Notes under the pieces: generated by a model
Databases searched by the model: none
Told to the model about the DNA's origin: nothing
The model's input: the letters and a program-made list of their open reading frames with translations, nothing else
Translations under genes and position numbers: made by a program
Part shown: piece by piece, positions 19,162 through 29,088 of the stretch
Layout: each line of letters starts with the position of its first letter
Numbering within the stretch: the first letter of the stretch is position 1
Assembly: GCA_009377395.1 (NCBI GenBank)
Contig: WHUB01000008.1
Location: 20,972-84,971, forward strand
Direction: 5' to 3'
From: Actinophytocola sp.
GTDB taxonomy: Bacteria > Actinomycetota > Actinomycetes > Mycobacteriales > Pseudonocardiaceae
Length of the DNA: 64,000 bases

Positions 19162-20676
19162 ATGGACAAGCCCGATGGGGTGTTCGACCGGGAACAGGAA
19201 TGGTCCGACCTAACCAGGTTCTTGACGTCTCCCGGCTCCGGCATGCGACTCGGCGTGGTGTACGGCCGCCGTCGGCAGGGGAAGTCATTCCTGCTGCGCA
19301 GGCTGGTCCAGGAAGCCGGCGGGCTGTACATGATGGCCGTCGAAGAAGAGCGCAGGCTCGCTCTTGAGCGGTTCGCCGGCACAGCCGCGCAGACACTGTT
19401 CGGCGTTCCCGCGAGCAACCTGGTCTTCGACACGTGGGAGAACGCGCTGCGGTCCGCGATCGCGGCTCTTCCTCGGGTGGCGCGGCATGCTGGAACCGCG
19501 CCGGTGCTGGTCATCGACGAGCTGCCGCACATCCTCCGGCATTCGCCGGAGGTGCCCTCCCTCCTGCAACTGCTGTACGACGAGTCGCGCGAGGACAGCT
19601 CGGCGCCTCCGGTCCGAGTGATCGTGTGCGGCTCGGCGCTCGCGGTGATGTCCGAGCTCCTCTCCGGCGCGAAGGCGCTGCGAGGCCGAGCGATGCTCGA
19701 TCTGTGCTTGCAGCCCTTCTCCTTCACCGACACCGCGACGTACTGGGGGATTGACGATCCCGCGGTGGCTTTTCAGCTCCACGCCGTGTTGGGCGGCACC
19801 CCTGGATACCGTGACCTCATCGCCGGTCCGCCACCCGAATCGGTCGACCGGTTGGGACAGTGGCTGGCAGGCAACGTCCTCGACCCGTCGCACGCGTTGT
19901 TCGACGAGACCGACTATCTGCTCCGTGAGGATCCGCGGATCACGGATCGCGCGTTGTACCAGTCCGTGCTGACCGCGATCAGCCGTGGCGCCACGACGCC
20001 GACCAAGATCGGATCGATCGTCGGGCGATCCGCACAAGCGCTGGCGCACCCACTCGACGTCTTGATCAAAGCGGGCTTCGTCGTGCGGGTGGAGGACATT
20101 CTGCTGCAACGACGGGCCCAGCTGCGGCTGGCCGATCCGATCGTTCGCTTCCAGCATGCGATCAGCTCCCCTAGTCTCGCGATGCTGGAGGACCGCCGTG
20201 CGGACGAGGTGTGGCAGGCCTCCGAGCAGACGTTCTCGTCCGCCGTCCTCGGTCCGCATTTCGAGCACCTCGCCCGTGTGTGGACGGCGAGCCGAGCGGC
20301 CGCCGACCTGTTCGGTGAGCAGCTCGGTCCGGTCGGTCCGACCGTCGTCAACGACGCCAACGGCCGTACCCGTCACGAACTCGATGTTGTCGCGCTCGCC
20401 GACGGCCAAGTGCCGAGGACCTCGCGCGCGACGGTCCGTCTGCTCGGCGAGGCGAAGCACTCGCAGCAGCGACGTACGATGGCCGACCTCGCACGACTGG
20501 AACGGATCCGGGACGTGCTCGCCGAGCGCGGTATCGACGCGCGTCAGGCACGACTGGTGATCTTCGCGCGCAACGGAGCGGACAGTGATCTTCGCGCGGC
20601 ATGCGACGGCCGGGCTGACGCGAGCGTCGTCGACCTCCAGACGATGTACGGAGCCAAGCCGGTCGGCGGGTCGTGA
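19162..20676 (+). CDS. AAA+ ATPase (Arch_ATPase/PF01637-like) with winged-helix and C-terminal DUF234-like (PD-(D/E)xK-like) region; function unknown
   Basis: FDREQEWSDLTRFL, Walker A GRRRQGKSFLL and Walker B PVLVIDELPH. wHTH-like YQSVLTAISRGATTPTKIGSIVGRSAQALAHPLDVLIKAGFV. C-terminal HELDVVAL...RLLGEAKH (D..E.K pattern). Confidence 0.75.
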   Translation: MDKPDGVFDREQEWSDLTRFLTSPGSGMRLGVVYGRRRQGKSFLLRRLVQEAGGLYMMAVEEERRLALERFAGTAAQTLFGVPASNLVFDTWENALRSAIAALPRVARHAGTAPVLVIDELPHILRHSPEVPSLLQLLYDESREDSSAPPVRVIVCGSALAVMSELLSGAKALRGRAMLDLCLQPFSFTDTATYWGIDDPAVAFQLHAVLGGTPGYRDLIAGPPPESVDRLGQWLAGNVLDPSHALFDETDYLLREDPRITDRALYQSVLTAISRGATTPTKIGSIVGRSAQALAHPLDVLIKAGFVVRVEDILLQRRAQLRLADPIVRFQHAISSPSLAMLEDRRADEVWQASEQTFSSAVLGPHFEHLARVWTASRAAADLFGEQLGPVGPTVVNDANGRTRHELDVVALADGQVPRTSRATVRLLGEAKHSQQRRTMADLARLERIRDVLAERGIDARQARLVIFARNGADSDLRAACDGRADASVVDLQTMYGAKPVGGS

Positions 20677-20712
20677 CGGCGGGCTGAACCGGGAACGCTA
20701 GGCTCAGGCGGC

Positions 20713-21390
20713 ATGGCAGCACGGCCCCTTGAAGAGATCGTCGAAGCAGGCTGGGCGACCGCACTCCAACCGGTCGCGTCCAAGATCACGTCGATGGGGG
20801 AGTTCCTCCGCGCCGAGATCGCGGCGGGACGCCAGTACCTGCCCTCGGGAGACAACGTGCTGCGGGCGTTCAAGCAGCCGTTCCACGACGTCCGGGTGCT
20901 CATCGTCGGCCAGGATCCCTACCCGACGCCCGGCCATCCGATCGGGCTGTGTTTCGCGGTCGCGCCCGACGTCCGGCCGCTGCCGAAGAGCCTGGTCAAC
21001 ATCTACAAGGAGTACTCGGACGACCTCGGTCACCCGCTGCCGTCGAACGGCGACCTCACCCCGTGGACCGAGCAGGGCGTGCTACTGCTGAACCGGGCGC
21101 TGAGCGTGCAACCGCACAAGCCCAACTCACATCAGGGCAAAGGCTGGGAAGACGTCACCGAGCAGGCCATCCGCGCGCTCGCGGCGCGCGACGAGCCGCT
21201 GGTCGCGATCCTGTGGGGCAGCAACGCGCGCAAGCTCAAGCCGCTGATCGGTGCCGACCGCTGCATCGAGTCGGTGCACCCCAGCCCGCTGTCGGCGCAC
21301 AACGGCTTCTTCGGCTCGCGCCCGTTCAGCCGCGCCAACGAGCTGCTCGAACGCCAAGGCGCGGCCCCCATCGACTGGAAGCTGCCATAG
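20713..21390 (+). CDS. ung: uracil-DNA glycosylase (family 1)
   Basis: [24 protein letters not shown]...LLLNRALSV....HQGKGWE..T...I...WG..A......HPSPLSA. Confidence 0.95.
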   Translation: MAARPLEEIVEAGWATALQPVASKITSMGEFLRAEIAAGRQYLPSGDNVLRAFKQPFHDVRVLIVGQDPYPTPGHPIGLCFAVAPDVRPLPKSLVNIYKEYSDDLGHPLPSNGDLTPWTEQGVLLLNRALSVQPHKPNSHQGKGWEDVTEQAIRALAARDEPLVAILWGSNARKLKPLIGADRCIESVHPSPLSAHNGFFGSRPFSRANELLERQGAAPIDWKLP

Positions 21391-21400
21391 CACACGAAAA

Positions 21401-21428
21401 CCCCGGCGCGACCTGGATCGCGCCGGGG
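21401..21428. terminator. bidirectional hairpin terminator between convergent ung and rpmB
   Basis: ccccggcgcga-cctgga-tcgcgccgggg: 11-bp perfect GC-rich stem with a 6-nt loop, preceded by AAAA. Confidence 0.75.
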
Positions 21429-21446
21429 CTCGTCAGTCGTGGGGCG

Positions 21447-21653
21447 TCAGACCGCAGTGCGGCTCACGCGGGTCACCTTGCCCGCCTTCAGGCACGAGGT
21501 GCAGACGTTCATGCGCTTCTTGCCGGACGTTCCGATCCGGGCGTGAACGGTCTGGATGTTGGGGTTCCACCGGCGGTTGTGGCGCCGGTGGGAGTGCGAG
21601 ACCGACTTGCCGAAGCCCGGCCCCTTACCGCAGACGTCGCACACGGCAGCCAC
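21447..21653 (-). CDS. rpmB: 50S ribosomal protein L28
   Basis: VAAVCDVCGKGPGFGKSVSHSHRRHNRRWNPNIQTVHA...RMNVCTSCLKAGKV. GTG 21653 with AAGGAG 8 nt upstream; the track ORF starts 9 nt earlier. Confidence 0.93.
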   Translation of the reverse strand: MAAVCDVCGKGPGFGKSVSHSHRRHNRRWNPNIQTVHARIGTSGKKRMNVCTSCLKAGKVTRVSRTAV

Positions 21654-21801
21654 GTCGAACACTCCTTAGATCAGGGAAGAAATGTGCAGGCCCGAAAGCA
21701 TCGGGCGACTCGGATAGGGTAGCCGGTGCGATCCCGCCGGGTGCACCGGGGTCGTAAGGAAGGCACACAGTGGCGACTCAGGCAGAGGTTCCGAGGTAGG
21801 T

Positions 21802-23409
21802 ATGCGGGCTGTTGACGCGGCTGCCGTGCGGGCGTGGGCGACGTCCTGCGTCAGCGTTCTCACCTCGCTGCGCGCCGACATCGACCGGATCAACGTCTAT
21901 CCGGTGCCCGACTCCGACACCGGCTCGAACCTGCTCTACACCATCACCGGCGCGCACGACGCGCTCAGCGAGCACGATCCCGGCGAGAACGCGGGCAAGG
22001 CGCTCGCGGTGCTCGCCCGCGGTGCGGTGCGGGCGGCGCGCGGCAACTCGGGCGTGATCCTGTCGCAGCTGCTGCGCGGCATCGCCGACTCCGCCGGGGA
22101 CGCCGCCGTCGTGGACGCGCCCGGGCTCGCGGCGGCACTCGCCCGCGCCGAGCGGACGGCGACCGGCGCGGTGGCGCGGCCGGTCGACGGCACGATGCTC
22201 ACCGTGCTGCGGGCCGCGGCGCAGGGCGCGAACGGGGCTCGCGCCGGTGGGGTGGCCGATGTCGCGGCTGCGGCGGCCGACGCGGCGGCCACCGCGCTCG
22301 CCGAAACCCCGCATCAGCTCCCGGTGCTCGCCGACGCGGGCGTCGTCGACGCGGGCGGGCGCGGCGTGCTCGCCGTGCTCGACGAGCTGGCCGGGGTGAC
22401 GGCAGGCCGACCGGCCCAGGCCCGGCCCGAGTTCGCCGTCGGCGCCGACCTGGTGGTCAGCCAGCGCAGGCTCACCGAGAGCGCGCAGCCGTGGGAGGTG
22501 ATGTACCTGCTCGACGGCGTGTCCGACGTCGCCCTGCCCCAGTTGCGCGACCGGCTCAGCGAGCTCGGCGACTGCGTCACCATCGCGGGCGACGGCGCGG
22601 GCAGCCACGCGGTCCACGTGCACTGCATGGACATCGGCGCCGCGCTGGAGGCGGGGCTCGACGCGGGCAGACCCCGTGACGTGCGAGTGGAGTCGCTCGC
22701 CGTTGCCGGTGGCTCGCAGCTCGGCGGCAGGGCGGTGCTCGCGGTCGTCTGCGGCGCCGCGCTCGCTGAGCTGTGCCGCACGGAAGGTGTGCTGGTGCTC
22801 GCCGGTGACGACCGGATGCCGGTGACCATCGACAGCGTCATGCGCACCGTCACCGAGCTGCGCGCCTCGCACGTGATCGTGCTGCCCGCCGGCGCCGAGA
22901 CCACCGGCGTGGTCGAGGCGGCGACCGAGCGCGTGGTGACCGCGGGCAAGGACGTCGTCGTCATCCCGTGCGCGTCACCGGTGCAGGTGCTGTCCGCGAT
23001 CGCGGTGCACGACGCCGAGCGCCGGGCGGCCGACGACGTCGTCGCGATGGCCGAGGCGGCGGCCGCCACCCGGCGGGGCGAGCTGCTGATCGCCGACGAG
23101 GACGCCATGACGTGGGTGGGCCGGGTGCACGCCGGTGACCTGGTCGGGTTCGTGGACGGCGAGGTCATGCTGATCGAACCGGCGGTGTCCGCGCCGTCCG
23201 ATACCGTGGTCGCGGACGCGGCGATGACCGTGGCCGAGCGGATGCTGAGCGCGGGTGGTGAGCTGGTCACCCTGCTGCTCGGCGCCCGCGCGCCGGAGGG
23301 GATCGACGCCGTCGTCGCCGAGCGGCTGGCGCGGGCGCATCCCGAGGTCGAGTTCGCCGCGTACCAGGGTGGGCAGACCGAGTCGATGCTGACGTTCGGA
23401 GTGGAGTAG
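21802..23409 (+). CDS. DAK2-domain fusion protein (YloV-like)
   Basis: ..INVYPVPDSDTGSNLLYTI...ARGNSGVILSQLLRG.. is a Dak2 domain, followed by a DegV-like C-terminal half. Conserved position upstream of recG. Confidence 0.88.
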   Translation: MRAVDAAAVRAWATSCVSVLTSLRADIDRINVYPVPDSDTGSNLLYTITGAHDALSEHDPGENAGKALAVLARGAVRAARGNSGVILSQLLRGIADSAGDAAVVDAPGLAAALARAERTATGAVARPVDGTMLTVLRAAAQGANGARAGGVADVAAAAADAAATALAETPHQLPVLADAGVVDAGGRGVLAVLDELAGVTAGRPAQARPEFAVGADLVVSQRRLTESAQPWEVMYLLDGVSDVALPQLRDRLSELGDCVTIAGDGAGSHAVHVHCMDIGAALEAGLDAGRPRDVRVESLAVAGGSQLGGRAVLAVVCGAALAELCRTEGVLVLAGDDRMPVTIDSVMRTVTELRASHVIVLPAGAETTGVVEAATERVVTAGKDVVVIPCASPVQVLSAIAVHDAERRAADDVVAMAEAAAATRRGELLIADEDAMTWVGRVHAGDLVGFVDGEVMLIEPAVSAPSDTVVADAAMTVAERMLSAGGELVTLLLGARAPEGIDAVVAERLARAHPEVEFAAYQGGQTESMLTFGVE

Positions 23410-23415
23410 AAGACC

Positions 23416-25569
23416 GTGGCCACGCTGCGCGATGACCTCAAGTCGCTGATCGGGGCGCGATCGGCGAACCCGCTGGCCGAGAAGCTGGGCATCACCACGG
23501 TGGGCCAGCTGCTGCGGCACTACCCGCGCCGCTACTCCGACCGGGGGGCGTTGACCGAGATCGCCGGGCTCGAACAGGGCGAGCACGTCACCGTGATGGC
23601 TCAGGTCGTCAACGCCAACGTACGCAGCATGCGTAACCGGAGAGGCAGCATTCTCGAGGTCACCATCACCGACGGCAGCAAGCAGCTTCGGTGCGCGTTC
23701 TTCAACCGGGCGAAGTGGCACGCCGAGCGGCTGCGGCCGGGCAAGACCGGCTTGTTCGCGGGCAAGGTGTCGGAGTACCGCCGCACGCTGCAGCTCGCCC
23801 ATCCCGAGTACGAGCTGCTCGATGAGATGGGCGCCTCCGCCGTCGACGAGTTCGTCAGCGAGATCATCCCGGTCTACCCCGCCACCGAGGGGATGCAGTC
23901 CTGGGTGATCGCTCGCTGTGTGCGTCAGGTGCTCGATCTGGTCGAGATCGAGGACGACCCGATGCCGCCCGAGCTGCTCGCCGCGCACGGTCTCGCCAGC
24001 CTCGACAGCGCGCTGCGGATGATCCACCGGCCGCCGGACTTCGACTCGCTCGACGTCGCCCGGCGCCGCCTCAAGTGGGACGAGGCGATGGCGATCCAGC
24101 TGATCTTCGCCGAGCGGCGGAAGTCGGCGGTGTCGCGACCCGCACCGGCCTGCCCGCCGGTGGCGGGCGGGCTGCTGGACGCCTTCGACGCGCGGCTGCC
24201 GTTCACGCTCACCGACGGCCAGCGCGAGGTCGGCGAGGACATCGCGGCCGACATCGCGCAGCCTCATCCGATGAACCGGCTGTTGCAGGGTGAGGTCGGC
24301 AGCGGCAAGACCGTGGTCGCGCTGCGGGCGATGTTGCAGGTCATCGACGCGGGCAAGCAGGCGGCGATGCTCGCGCCGACCGAGGTGCTCGCCGCCCAGC
24401 ACGCCCGGTCGCTGCGGGAGTTGCTCGGTGACCTCGGCTGCGCCGGGGAGCTGGGCGCCGCCGAGCACGCCACCCGGGTCGCGCTGCTCACCGGGTCGAT
24501 GACGGCGAAGCAGCGCAAGCAGGCGCTGCTCGACGCGGCGAGCGGCGCGGCGGGCATCATCGTCGGTACCCACGCGCTGATCCAGGACACCGTGTCGTTC
24601 GCCGACCTCGGGCTGGCCGTGGTCGATGAGCAGCACCGGTTCGGCGTCGAGCAGCGGGACGCGCTGCGCAGCAGGGGTGCCGAGGACACCAGCCCGCATG
24701 TGCTGGTGATGACCGCGACGCCGATCCCGCGCACGGTGGCGATGACCGTCTACGGCGACCTCGAGATCTCGGCGTTGCGGGAGCTGCCGGCAGGCCGGTC
24801 GCCGATCACGACGAGCGTGGTGCCCGCCGCCGAGAAACCGGCCTGGCTGGAGCGGGCGTGGCAGCGCATCGCGGAGGAGGTCGGCAAGGGCCACCAGGCG
24901 TACGTGGTGTGCCCGAGGATCGGTGACGAGCCGCCCGCGAACAACGGCGAGGGCAGGCCGGCGATCTCGGTGCTCGACATGGCCGCCGAGCTGGCGCACG
25001 GCCCGCTGTCCGAGCTGCGCGTCGGGGTGCTGCACGGCAGGCTGCCCGCCGACGAGAAGGACGCCCTGATGCGCGGCTTCGCGGCGGGCAAGGTCGACGT
25101 GCTGGTCGCGACGACCGTGATCGAGGTCGGCGTGAACGTGCCGAACGCGACCGTGATGGTGATCATGGACGCGGAGCGGTTCGGGCTCTCTCAGCTGCAC
25201 CAGCTTCGCGGCAGGGTCGGCCGGGGCGACGTGCCCGGGCTGTGCCTGCTCGTCACCGACGCGCTCGACGGCACGGTCGCGCGGGAGCGGCTGGCCGCCG
25301 TGGAGTCGACGCTCGACGGGTTCGAGCTGTCCCGCAAGGACCTCGAACTACGCCGGGAGGGTGACATCCTCGGCGCGGCGCAGTCCGGCAAGCGCTCCGG
25401 GCTCAAGCTGCTGTCGTTGCTGCGCGACGAGGACATGATCGCGGACGCGCGGGAGGCCGCGCTCGGCATCGTCGCCGACGACCCGGCGCTCGGAAACCAT
25501 CTCGGTCTGGCGCACCTGGTGACGGATCTGGTCGACCCGGACAGGGCTGAGTTTTTGGAGAAGAGCTGA
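23416..25569 (+). CDS. recG: ATP-dependent DNA helicase RecG
   Basis: Wedge domain, LLQGEVGSGKTVVA (Walker A), VVDEQHRFGV (DEQH), MTATPIPRT, and LHQLRGRVGRG...LR.EGD..G..QSG. Confidence 0.95.
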   Translation: MATLRDDLKSLIGARSANPLAEKLGITTVGQLLRHYPRRYSDRGALTEIAGLEQGEHVTVMAQVVNANVRSMRNRRGSILEVTITDGSKQLRCAFFNRAKWHAERLRPGKTGLFAGKVSEYRRTLQLAHPEYELLDEMGASAVDEFVSEIIPVYPATEGMQSWVIARCVRQVLDLVEIEDDPMPPELLAAHGLASLDSALRMIHRPPDFDSLDVARRRLKWDEAMAIQLIFAERRKSAVSRPAPACPPVAGGLLDAFDARLPFTLTDGQREVGEDIAADIAQPHPMNRLLQGEVGSGKTVVALRAMLQVIDAGKQAAMLAPTEVLAAQHARSLRELLGDLGCAGELGAAEHATRVALLTGSMTAKQRKQALLDAASGAAGIIVGTHALIQDTVSFADLGLAVVDEQHRFGVEQRDALRSRGAEDTSPHVLVMTATPIPRTVAMTVYGDLEISALRELPAGRSPITTSVVPAAEKPAWLERAWQRIAEEVGKGHQAYVVCPRIGDEPPANNGEGRPAISVLDMAAELAHGPLSELRVGVLHGRLPADEKDALMRGFAAGKVDVLVATTVIEVGVNVPNATVMVIMDAERFGLSQLHQLRGRVGRGDVPGLCLLVTDALDGTVARERLAAVESTLDGFELSRKDLELRREGDILGAAQSGKRSGLKLLSLLRDEDMIADAREAALGIVADDPALGNHLGLAHLVTDLVDPDRAEFLEKS

Positions 25570-25687
25570 CAAGCTCTATCTGCACGGCGGCCCCGCGGAC
25601 CGGTACGGTACAGAACCGATTCAGCCAAAGAGGGCTGCTCACAAGACGGCCGCGCCGTGACCCGGCGCGCCCTGAGGAAGGAGCCGA

Positions 25688-28600
25688 ATGTTCCGCACAG
25701 TGCTCGTGGCCAACCGCGGCGAGATCGCGATTCGCGCGTTCCGGGCCGCCTACGAGCTGGGGGCGGGGACCGTGGCGGTGTTTCCGTACGAGGACCGCAA
25801 CTCCCTGCATCGGTTGAAGGCTGACCAGTCGCTGGAGATCGGGGAGCGGGGGCATCCCGTCCGGGCCTATCTGTCCGTGGACGAGATCGTGCGCGCCGCG
25901 CGGGAGGCCGGCGCCGACGCGGTGTATCCGGGCTACGGGTTCCTGTCGGAGAACCCCGATCTGGCGCGGGCCTGCGAGCAGGCGGGCATCACCTTCGTCG
26001 GGCCGAGCGCGGAGATCCTGGAGCTGACCGGTAACAAGGCCCGCGCGGTCGCGGCCGCCCGCGAGGCGGGTATCCCGGTGCTCGGCTCGTCTCCGCCGTC
26101 GGCGGATGTCGACGAGCTGGTCGCGGCGGCCGAGCAGGTCGGCTATCCGGTGTTCGTGAAGGCCGTCGCCGGTGGTGGCGGGCGCGGCATGCGGCGGGTG
26201 ACAGACCCGACACGGCTGCGGGAGTCGATCGAGGCGGCGTCGCGGGAGGCGGAGTCGGCCTTCGGCGACGCGACGGTGTTCCTGGAGCGGGCGGTCGTCA
26301 ACCCACGCCACATCGAGGTGCAGATCCTCGCCGACGGCGCGGGCAATGTCATCCACCTGTACGAGCGGGACTGCTCGGTGCAGCGGCGGCACCAGAAGGT
26401 GATCGAGCTGGCGCCGGCGCCGAACCTCGACCCCGAGCTGCGGGAGCGGATCTGCGCCGACGCCGTGGCCTTCGCCCGCCAGATCGGCTACCGCAACGCC
26501 GGCACGGTCGAGTTCCTGCTCGACGAGTCCGGTGAGCACGTCTTCATCGAGATGAACCCGCGCATCCAGGTCGAGCACACGGTGACCGAGGAGATCACCG
26601 ACGTCGACCTGGTGCAGTCGCAGCTGCGCATCGCCGCCGGCGAGACGCTGGCCGACCTCGGGCTGCGGCAGGAGTCGATCTACGTGCGGGGGGCGGCGTT
26701 GCAGTGCCGTATCACCACCGAGGACCCGGCCAACGAGTTCCGGCCGGACGTCGGCATGATCTCCGGCTATCGCTCGCCAGGCGGGTCGGGCATCCGGCTC
26801 GACGGCGGCACCGCGTTCGCGGGTACCGAGATCAGTGCGCACTTCGACTCGATGCTGGTCAAGCTGACCTGCCGGGGCCGTGATCTGGAGACGGCGGTGC
26901 GCAAGGCGCGCCGGGCGGTGGCGGAGTTCCGCATCAGGGGCGTGGCGACCAACATCCCGTTCCTGCAGGCCGTGCTCGACGACCCCGACTTCCGGGCGGG
27001 CCGGGTGACGACGTCGTTCATCGAGGAGCGCCCGCAGCTGCTGACCGCGCGCCACTCTGCCGACCGGGGCACGAAGCTGCTGACGTATCTGGCCGACGTT
27101 ACGGTGAACAAGCCCAACGGGCCGCGCCCGAACCTGCTGAACCCGGTGCACAAGCTCCCGGAGGTCGCGGGCATGACGGTGCCCGACGGCTCCAAGCAGC
27201 GGCTGACGGAGCTCGGTCCCGAGGGCTTCGCCGCCTGGCTGCGGTCCTCGCCGACGCTCGGCGTCACCGACACCACCTTCCGGGACGCGCACCAGTCGCT
27301 GCTGGCGACCCGGGTGCGCACCAAGGACATCCTCGGCATCGCGCCGGTGGTCGCGGCGACCTGCCCCGAGCTGCTGTCGCTGGAATGCTGGGGTGGCGCG
27401 ACCTACGACGTCGCGCTGCGGTTCCTGGCCGAGGACCCGTGGGAGCGGCTGGCGGCGCTGCGGGAGGCGGTGCCGAACATCTGCCTGCAGATGCTGCTGC
27501 GGGGCCGCAACACCGTCGGATACACGCCGTACCCGACCGAGGTGACGCACGCCTTCGTCGAGGAGGCCGCCGCGACCGGCATCGACATCTTCCGCATCTT
27601 CGACGCGCTCAACGACGTCGAGCAGATGCGGCCCGCGATCGAGGCGGTGCGCGAGACCGGCACGTCGATCGCCGAGGTCGCGCTGTGCTACACCTCCGAT
27701 CTGTCCGACCCGGCCGAGAACATCTACACGCTGGACTACTACCTCAAGCTGGCCGAGCGGATCGTGGCCGCCGGGGCGCACGTGCTGGCGATCAAGGACA
27801 TGGCCGGGCTGCTGCGGGCACCCGCCGCGGCGAAGCTGGTCACGGCGCTGCGCTCCGAGTTCGACCTGCCGGTGCACGTCCACACCCACGACACCGCGGG
27901 CGGGCAACTCGCGACCTACCTGGCCGCGATCCAGGCGGGCGCGGACGCCGTCGACGGAGCGGTGGCGTCGATGTCGGGCACGACCAGCCAGCCGTCGCTG
28001 TCGGCGATCGTGGCCGCGACCGACCACTCCGACCGGCCGAGCGGGCTCGACCTGCACGCGGTCAACGAGCTGGAGCCATACTGGGAGAGCGTGCGCAAGA
28101 TCTACGCGCCGTTCGAGGCCGGGCTCGCCTCACCCACGGGCAGGGTGTACTACCACGAGATCCCCGGCGGGCAGCTGTCGAACCTGCGCAACCAGGCGAC
28201 CGCGCTCGGCCTCGGCGACCGGTTCGAGGACATCGAGGCCATGTACGCCGCCGCCGACCGGATGCTCGGCAGGCTGGTGAAGGTCACGCCGTCGTCGAAG
28301 GTCGTCGGGGACCTCGCGCTGCACCTGGTCGGCGCCGGGGTCAGCCCGGCCGAGTTCGAGGAGTCGCCGAACAGCTTCGACATCCCCGACTCGGTGATCG
28401 GGTTCCTGCGCGGCGAGCTGGGCGACCCGCCGGGCGGCTGGCCGGAGCCGTTCCGCAGCAAGGCGCTCGAAGGCCGGGCGCAGGCCAAGCCGGTCGCCGC
28501 GCTGTCGGCGTCCGACCGCACCGGGCTCGCCGAGAATCGGCGGGACACGCTGAACCGGCTGCTGTTCCCCGGCCCGACCAAGGACTACGAGAACCACCGC

Positions 28601-29062
28601 GGGGCATACGGTGACACCAGCGTGCTCGACAGCAAGGACTTCTTCTACGGGCTGCGGCCCGGCGAGGAGTACGCCGTCGACCTCGAGCCCGGGGTGCGGC
28701 TGCTGATCGAGCTGGAGGCGATCGGGGAGGCCGACGAGCGTGGCATGCGCACCGTGATGGCCAGCCTGAACGGGCAGCTCCGGCCCATCTCGGTGCGCGA
28801 CACGTCCGTCGCGTCCGACCTGCCTGCCGCCGAGAAGGCGGACAAGTCGAACAAGCGACACGTGCCGGCGCCATTTGCGGGAGTTGTCACACTTGCCGTG
28901 TCCGAAGGCGACACGGTCGAGTCTGGCGATACCGTGGCCACCATCGAAGCGATGAAGATGGAAGCCGCGATCACCGCGTCCACGGCTGGCACCGTGTCCC
29001 GGCTGGCGATCAACGCGGTTCAGCAGGTCGAGGGCGGAGACCTCCTGGTCGTGCTGGACTGA
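25688..29062 (+). CDS. pyc: pyruvate carboxylase
   Basis: 1124 aa. Biotin carboxylase N-terminus (VLVANRGEIAIRAFRAA), carboxyltransferase domain (DTTFRDAHQSLLATR) and C-terminal biotinyl domain (IEAMKME). Confidence 0.95.
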   Translation: MFRTVLVANRGEIAIRAFRAAYELGAGTVAVFPYEDRNSLHRLKADQSLEIGERGHPVRAYLSVDEIVRAAREAGADAVYPGYGFLSENPDLARACEQAGITFVGPSAEILELTGNKARAVAAAREAGIPVLGSSPPSADVDELVAAAEQVGYPVFVKAVAGGGGRGMRRVTDPTRLRESIEAASREAESAFGDATVFLERAVVNPRHIEVQILADGAGNVIHLYERDCSVQRRHQKVIELAPAPNLDPELRERICADAVAFARQIGYRNAGTVEFLLDESGEHVFIEMNPRIQVEHTVTEEITDVDLVQSQLRIAAGETLADLGLRQESIYVRGAALQCRITTEDPANEFRPDVGMISGYRSPGGSGIRLDGGTAFAGTEISAHFDSMLVKLTCRGRDLETAVRKARRAVAEFRIRGVATNIPFLQAVLDDPDFRAGRVTTSFIEERPQLLTARHSADRGTKLLTYLADVTVNKPNGPRPNLLNPVHKLPEVAGMTVPDGSKQRLTELGPEGFAAWLRSSPTLGVTDTTFRDAHQSLLATRVRTKDILGIAPVVAATCPELLSLECWGGATYDVALRFLAEDPWERLAALREAVPNICLQMLLRGRNTVGYTPYPTEVTHAFVEEAAATGIDIFRIFDALNDVEQMRPAIEAVRETGTSIAEVALCYTSDLSDPAENIYTLDYYLKLAERIVAAGAHVLAIKDMAGLLRAPAAAKLVTALRSEFDLPVHVHTHDTAGGQLATYLAAIQAGADAVDGAVASMSGTTSQPSLSAIVAATDHSDRPSGLDLHAVNELEPYWESVRKIYAPFEAGLASPTGRVYYHEIPGGQLSNLRNQATALGLGDRFEDIEAMYAAADRMLGRLVKVTPSSKVVGDLALHLVGAGVSPAEFEESPNSFDIPDSVIGFLRGELGDPPGGWPEPFRSKALEGRAQAKPVAALSASDRTGLAENRRDTLNRLLFPGPTKDYENHRGAYGDTSVLDSKDFFYGLRPGEEYAVDLEPGVRLLIELEAIGEADERGMRTVMASLNGQLRPISVRDTSVASDLPAAEKADKSNKRHVPAPFAGVVTLAVSEGDTVESGDTVATIEAMKMEAAITASTAGTVSRLAINAVQQVEGGDLLVVLD

Positions 29063-29088
29063 ACGCCGTAACGAAGGCCCAGGGAGGC

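Noticed and set aside
18628-20676. GNAT + ATPase as a toxin-antitoxin or two-gene defence pair.
   Set aside because: The GNAT looks like an ordinary ~160-aa acetyltransferase with no RHH/HTH antitoxin partner. The ATPase has its own AT-rich promoter region, so there is no evidence of functional coupling.
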